Under the pieces are notes generated by a model, which did not search any database, was not told where the DNA came from, and saw only the letters and a list, made by a program, of their open reading frames with translations. A DNA stretch of 63,825 nt, filler included, from Saprolegnia diclina VS20 (taxonomy: Eukaryota), in assembly GCF_000281045.1 (NCBI RefSeq). It is 15 parts of 4 records of this genome, joined end to end, with 100 filler letters (N's around TTAATTAATTAA, not from the genome) between each part and the next. Parts side by side here need not be neighbours in the genome. Positions count along the whole stretch, not along the records: positions 55,421 to 58,751 come from NW_008246161.1; positions 58,852 to 62,714 come from NW_008246162.1; positions 62,815 to 63,825 come from NW_008246169.1; 12 more parts are not named here. One strand, 5' to 3'. Shown here one piece after another: positions 58,473 through 63,825 of the stretch. A program made the position numbers and the translations under genes. The stretch's first letter is position 1. Every line of letters begins with the position of its first letter.

Positions 58473-58751
58473 TTATGGCAACGGCTCTTGCACAACGTCG
58501 GCGTCGGCGACCGAGCCCGAGTTGCGTTTTTCGCGCCGCAACTCGATCTCATGGTTTTGCAGAACGACATGGTCGTGACGACGACGCCATATCCAGGCTC
58601 CGAATGACGCAACTGCAACGGCGGCGAGGCCTCCGCCAATCAATCCTGCCGTCGGTCCGTACGTGACTGTATCGAGATCGTACTTGGTGCACCGGGGTCC
58701 CGTCCAAACGCCGTTGCACTGGCACCGATGCTCGACACACGCACCCGTGAC
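58473..58751 (-). CDS. 3' end of a further KRE6/SKN1-like paralog
   Basis: VTGACVEHRCQCNGVWTGPRCTKY..YGP, TM helix, tail to TAA; homologous to 54655..54910. Confidence 0.8.
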   Translation of the reverse strand, partial: VTGACVEHRCQCNGVWTGPRCTKYDLDTVTYGPTAGLIGGGLAAVAVASFGAWIWRRRHDHVVLQNHEIELRREKRNSGSVADADVVQEPLP

Positions 58752-59178
58752 NNNNNNNNNNNNNNNNNNNNNNNNNNNNNNNNNNNNNNNNNNNNTTAAT
58801 TAATTAANNNNNNNNNNNNNNNNNNNNNNNNNNNNNNNNNNNNNNNNNNNNGCCAAGAAACTCGAGCTAAAAAGAGAGCAATGAGTTGAGATTGTGCGTG
58901 TGTTTAGGGCTGCCGGAAGTCGGCTAATGCGACAAAAGTCTACCAAGTGCGGGCACACTCCATGATTGAAAACGTACGAGACGCCTCTTCGTCACACACA
59001 GCACCGCATGCCGCTCTGATACACCGATGTATGGGGTGGGCCGGTATAATATCAACACAGCGGCAGAGGGCAGAGGGTCCATCCTCGTCTTCAACAGCAA
59101 GCACATGGTATCACTTCAATGCCACCACCAAACGCTTTCTTCACCACGTCATTCTCCATTCGACCACCGATCGCAAAG

Positions 59179-60534
59179 ATGGTTGTCTACCGCGCTATGG
59201 ACGACACGCCGGCAAGCAAGAAGACGTGGACGCGCACCGTCGTGACGTCGCTGACGTTTTGGATCATCCTCGGCACGATCACGGGGATCCTCATCGGCCA
59301 GTTTGCGCCGGCGTTTGCCAAGGACGCGGCGCCGATGGCCCAGATCTTCCTCCGGCCGATCCAGTTCATCGTGTTTCCGCTCGTGTTTTCGTCGCTCGTT
59401 GTCGGTATCGCCGGCAACAACGACCTCAAGCAGCTCGGCCGGCTCTCGCTCAAGTCGTTCATCTACTTTGAGATCGTGACGACGCTGGCGCTCATTGTGG
59501 GTCTTCTTGCTGTCAACTTGGTCAAGCCCGGTGCGGCCGGCATCACCAAGAAGGGCAACTACACCGGGTCGGCCTCGTCGACGTTTACGTTTGCACACTG
59601 GATCAACCATTTGACCCCCAAGACGTGGGGGGAGATGATGGGCGGCTCGGGCAGCTCGGAGCTTCTCCAAGTGCTCGTGGCGTCGATCCTCGTCGGTGTC
59701 GCCACCGCGCAGACGCACGGCCACCACAAGCAAGTGCTGCTCGAGCTCGCGACCGCCGTCATGGAGATGATGTTCAAGTTTGTCGACATTGTCATCTGGA
59801 CGGCGCCGCTCGGTGTCTGTTTTGCAGTCGCCAACGCGATTGGCGCCAACGGTGTCGGTGCGCTCGCAAGTCTCGGCGCGCTCGTCGCGACCGTGTACGG
59901 CACGCTCGTGGTGTTTGTCGTCGTAGTCTTTGGCCCGATCTTCCTCCTCTGCAAGATCAACCCGATCGAGTTCCTCAGCGCGATGCGCGAGCCGCTCGTG
60001 ATTGCGTACACGACTGCGACGTCGGAAGCCGCACTGCCCAAGGTTTTCGAGTGCCTCGCCCGGTTCGGGGTCTCGCCGCACATTTCGGCGTTCGTTGTCC
60101 CCTTTGGCTACTCGTTCAACCTCGACGGGTCGACCTTGTACCTCTCGCTCGCGGCGGTGTTTTGCGCCCAAGCCGCGGGTATTGACAAGAGCCTCGGCGA
60201 GCAGATCACGATGGTGCTCATGCTCATGATCTCGTCCAAAGGCGTCGCTGGCGTCCGGTCGGCCAGTATCATTGTGCTCGCGTCGACGGTCGACCAGTTC
60301 AACATCCCGAGCTGGCCGGTAGCCTTGCTGCTTGGCGCGGATTGGCTCATGGACATGGCCCGCACGTTCACCAACGTCCTTGGCAACTGCCTCGCGTCCG
60401 TCGTCATGGCCAAGCTCGAAGGCGAGTTCCGCAAGGACGGCTGGGAGAAGAACTTGGCGTCCGAGGGCGACGACGAGAGTGAGGCGAGCGCCGCCAAGGA
60501 CCACGTCAAGGTGCTCGAAGACGGGCTGCACTAA
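59179..60534 (+). CDS. Dicarboxylate/amino acid:cation symporter (DAACS/SDF; GltP/DctA-like)
   Basis: AYTTATSEAALP, GYSFNLDGSTLY, SKGVAGV, DMARTFTNVLGN; INR TCATTCTCCATTCG at 59149 supports ATG 59179. Confidence 0.93.
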   Translation: MVVYRAMDDTPASKKTWTRTVVTSLTFWIILGTITGILIGQFAPAFAKDAAPMAQIFLRPIQFIVFPLVFSSLVVGIAGNNDLKQLGRLSLKSFIYFEIVTTLALIVGLLAVNLVKPGAAGITKKGNYTGSASSTFTFAHWINHLTPKTWGEMMGGSGSSELLQVLVASILVGVATAQTHGHHKQVLLELATAVMEMMFKFVDIVIWTAPLGVCFAVANAIGANGVGALASLGALVATVYGTLVVFVVVVFGPIFLLCKINPIEFLSAMREPLVIAYTTATSEAALPKVFECLARFGVSPHISAFVVPFGYSFNLDGSTLYLSLAAVFCAQAAGIDKSLGEQITMVLMLMISSKGVAGVRSASIIVLASTVDQFNIPSWPVALLLGADWLMDMARTFTNVLGNCLASVVMAKLEGEFRKDGWEKNLASEGDDESEASAAKDHVKVLEDGLH

Positions 60535-60897
60535 GCCATTTTGGACCATGTATGTCAAAGCTATATAACGTGATGAATGATGCCTTTGCTTTACCTTTTC
60601 GCTTCCCAAGGTAAGTATTTGACGGCATGTAATGGGTACAAGGTCGTCTCTTTGCACAACATTTGCGGCAAAAACTGAACCACGGTTGAGCCCTCATGGC
60701 TTCATATCCTTATCGAAATTCATGATCGAAATTAGCCAAACCCTGCTCTACGAGGACCGGGTGTAGCACGAGAAACATATTTTCAAGTGTCAAGTCGCCC
60801 CGCGGAAGCAGCCAGCCGCCAAACCAAAAGAAGATTGCAAAACAGAACATGGTTGCTCGTTAAGTGTAGTCCATTTAAAGGCTTGTGAGCGCTTGCA

Positions 60898-61957
60898 TTA
60901 TTCATTCGACGACTTTCGATTGGCAATGGCTGCAATCAGCTGCGCCATGGTGTCCGTCTGGCTCTTGAGTGCCGACACGATCGCTTCCATTTGCGCGGCC
61001 AACTTTGACGTCTCTTGGGCCTTGGTAGCCTCCAGTACGTCATCAAGTGTTGCATTGCTTTGCGCAAACGACCCACGGCTTGCTGCAAGGGACTCCCCGA
61101 GCGACACGAGGCCCTTGCCCACGGCAAGAAGGCCATTTTCGATGGCATCGCCCGTTGTCTTGGTCCTCTTCGTCCGACGCTCCATGTCGTCGCTCGTGGT
61201 TGTGACGATGGTATGGCTTCTCTTCTTCGCAATATTCGGTCGGTCGTGCTCGTCGACGACGATACTTTTGCTTGTCGACTCGTTCTCTACACGGTACATT
61301 GAGCTCGGCATCTATCGTTTGGATGGGACGAATATACCGTTCTCATCCGAAAACTCGATGGGATCGTCGAGTGCTTCCGCGGGGGGGGGGTGCTGTCTCG
61401 GACCAGTACGCCAGCATCACGTCGTAGTGAGCCGGGGGGCTCTCCGTCGAGGCCACCCGCTTTGAGGCCGACCACTTGGTACGCATCCGGGCAAACTACA
61501 ATATTTGAACGTTTCCACCGTGCGGTGTGCGAGCCAGAAGATGGACCTTTGTGGTGACTTGGTTGGCCGAAAACGTGCGGTGCATCTCGCTGCTGAGCCG
61601 ATCCGCCAGCGTGACGGCCGCCAGATTTTTCTGAAAGTTGTTTTTGGACTCGAATTTCTTCTTGAGCTCCGTCTTGTACCGGAGCTCGTACATCTTGGCC
61701 ACGCTTGCGTCGCACCAAATTGCGGCCTCTTCCTTGGCAGGCGTCTTCATTGTCGTCTTTGCCTTCGCAACTTCTGTGTCCAAAGCTGGCGCATCTCGAT
61801 GGTCTACCGCGTCTTCCCGGACGGGCACATCATTGCCGGGCGGCGCAGCACCGTTCTCGGTTACCGGCGCTGCATTGGCAGGCTGTGCGTCGTCCACGAC
61901 CTTCTTGGCAGCCTTCTTACTCGGCTTCTTGGGTCGTCTCAGCGCCTGCTCGGGCAT
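60898..61957 (-). mobile_element. Orphan Myb/SANT-like transposon accessory gene (probably disrupted)
   Basis: WCDASVAKMYELRY...LADRL...FSANQVTTK Myb-like pattern, YDVMLAYW, and a C-terminal AIENGLLAV..L...Q helix, split over frames. Confidence 0.55.
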
Positions 61958-62463
61958 ACTAAGTTGCTCTGAAAGGTTGAACTGACTCGGAGTCTGATGC
62001 AGTGCAAACTCACGCTGGCAGAAAGAAGAGTTTGTGTGTTATCCGGATGCCAGTTAGAATAGACCAATTGGACGCGAGTGTTTCGGGTATCCGGATAAGG
62101 TTTACCTTGTCTCGGACGTCGGCTTTGGCGTTTCGCAGGCGGCCATGTTCTGTACTAGTGTTGCAATCTTCCTTTGGTTTGGCGGCTGGCTCCTCCCGCG
62201 GGGCGACTTGACACTTTAAAATATATTCCGAGTGCCACACCCTGTCTTCGTAGAGCAGGGTTTGGCTAATTTCGTTCATGAATTTCGATAAGGATATGAA
62301 ACCACTAGGGTTTCAACCCGTGGCTTTTGCCGCAAATGCTGTGCAAAGAGACGACCTTGTACCCATAACATGACCCTAAATACTTACCTTGGGAAGCGTA
62401 GATGAAAAACAAAGGCATCATTCATCACGTTATATAGCTTTGACATACATGGTCCAAAATGGC

Positions 62464-62714
62464 TCAGTGCAGCCCGTCTTCGAGTACCTTGACGTCATCT
62501 TTGGCCGCGCTCGCCTCACTCTCGTCGTCGCCATCGGACGCCAAGTTCTTCTCCCAGCCGTCCTTGCGGAACTCGCCCTCGAGCTTGGCCATGACGACGG
62601 ACGCGAGGCAGTTGCCAAAGACGTTGGTGAACGTGCGGGCCATGTCCATGAGCCAATCCGCGCCAAGCAGCAAGGCTACCGGCCAGCTCGGGATGTTGAA
62701 CTGGTCGACCGTCG
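62464..62714 (-). CDS. 3' end of second DAACS symporter copy
   Basis: LLGADWLMDMARTFTNVFGNCLASVVMAKLEGEF...LEDGLH*. Confidence 0.88.
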
Positions 62715-62814
62715 NNNNNNNNNNNNNNNNNNNNNNNNNNNNNNNNNNNNNNNNNNNNTTAATTAATTAANNNNNNNNNNNNNNNNNNNNNNNNNNNNNN
62801 NNNNNNNNNNNNNN

Positions 62815-62957
62815 TCGGCGCGCGTTGATGTGGTGAGGCTACTGCTCGTGCTGTAGCCTTGGGTCGTTGGCGACGCCTTGGCATCATAGAGCGAGTGGCT
62901 CGGCGACGTTCGAGGCAGAGGGCTCCGAGTCGGCGACGTGGCAGTGTGTGGACTCAT
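62815..62957 (-). CDS. 5' start of an unknown gene, cut by gap
   Basis: MSPHTATSPTRSPLP... after INR-like TCACTTCGTCATTCG. Confidence 0.4.
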
Positions 62958-63825
62958 TGGTGTTGAGCAGCGAATGACGAAGTGATCCTGCGTCTTCAGC
63001 GTCCTCTTGATGACGCACGGCTGGTCAAAGAGGCAATTCAAGCAATTCGCATATCTGAGCTGGATCGGTTTACGTGGCAGGTCCATATTTTCAAATGGCA
63101 GAGCATCATGTACTGAATGTGCGAATTTAGACAGGCCGACGTGTCGCATCGGAATCTGATTTGAGCGCGGTCGTAATTCACTGTGCAGCAGCAGACGACG
63201 ACAATAATGACTACCGAGATGATTATTAGATCCTTGGGTATCGGGTTAAACATCGTCACGTAAAGTTGACTCAGTGGCAGATGCCCAAAAATACATTCGC
63301 CCGAATGACGTGCACGCGGGGATAGCGCCTTGGCTCATCACTTTGCCGCATCGCACCCTCTACAACCCCACTACAATAGCAGACATATGGTCACATTTCA
63401 GTATCCAACCACTGTAGGCTCAGCGGTGCGCGGGCTTGCTACCGACACGAGCGTCTCAAATGCATGCAGCAAGATGGCACAGTATATTCCTCTTGGTCTA
63501 GTCCATCATTCCAAACAGCGATATCTAGCAGCGATACATATTGTGCGCAAAAGCGGCACGGACAACGGTGCTGAACCAAGGAGACTCGCAGATGCCATCG
63601 AGCTGACAAGACGGGCTTGGAGACTAACACACTTCTCGTGCGATCGTTTGATAGCAAAAATGTAAGATGTATGTAAATTCTAATTTATTTTATTTTGTCC
63701 TAACGCGCAGCGTAGATCCAGCGTTCTAGCTACGGTTTGTGGTTGTAAATGTACTGTGTCTGGAGCGTGCTTTGCTCGACCATGTGCCGAATGCGCGTCC
63801 GCTGCAGCTTGCCAGAGGTGGTTTT

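Larger units (their letters stand above)
60284..62714. repeat. Inverted duplication: arms 60284..60852 and 62143..62714 around a 1.3-kb spacer
   Basis: The symporter 3' end and about 320 bp of downstream sequence are repeated in reverse orientation with scattered substitutions, inside one contig. Confidence 0.9.

Noticed and set aside
59149..60657. 502-aa antisense ORF
   Set aside because: Shadow of the GC3-rich symporter gene; no recognisable motifs.
4494..62770. Recurrent TTAATTAATTAA motif as a biological repeat
   Set aside because: Always embedded in N runs; it is an all-frame-stop assembly linker.

Overview
Eukaryotic, intron-containing, GC-rich-coding DNA from an oomycete, most likely a Saprolegniales water mould. 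This is inferred from the INR/FPR-type core promoters, short GT-AG introns and gene families present. The window is a draft pseudomolecule: 14 artificial N-TTAATTAATTAA-N linkers and several N gaps break it, so adjacency across gaps is uncertain. It is dominated by local gene-family expansions: secreted modular proteins (SDEP acidic linkers, CAP/SCP domains, DPBB/expansin domains, including a CAP-expansin fusion), three bacterial-like APC amino-acid/amine permeases, a papain-type protease, two RNI-like LRR proteins plus a fragment, ankyrin proteins, an ankyrin-TKL kinase-zinc-ribbon gene and a catalytically dead paralogous pseudokinase, two paralogous unknown membrane proteins, a probable XRCC4, an LtrA protein, KRE6/SKN1-like GH16 genes and an inverted pair of DAACS symporters. 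Mobile DNA includes an apparently intact two-gene PIF/Harbinger-superfamily transposon (TIRs, AAT TSD), a 1.1-kb MITE (TAA TSD), a decayed Harbinger with an internal 154-bp inversion, pogo-like remnants, tRNA-derived SINE-like repeats and a hairpin-(GGGTA)n motif. No CRISPR or rRNA was seen. All family calls are from motif recognition by eye, not database searches.
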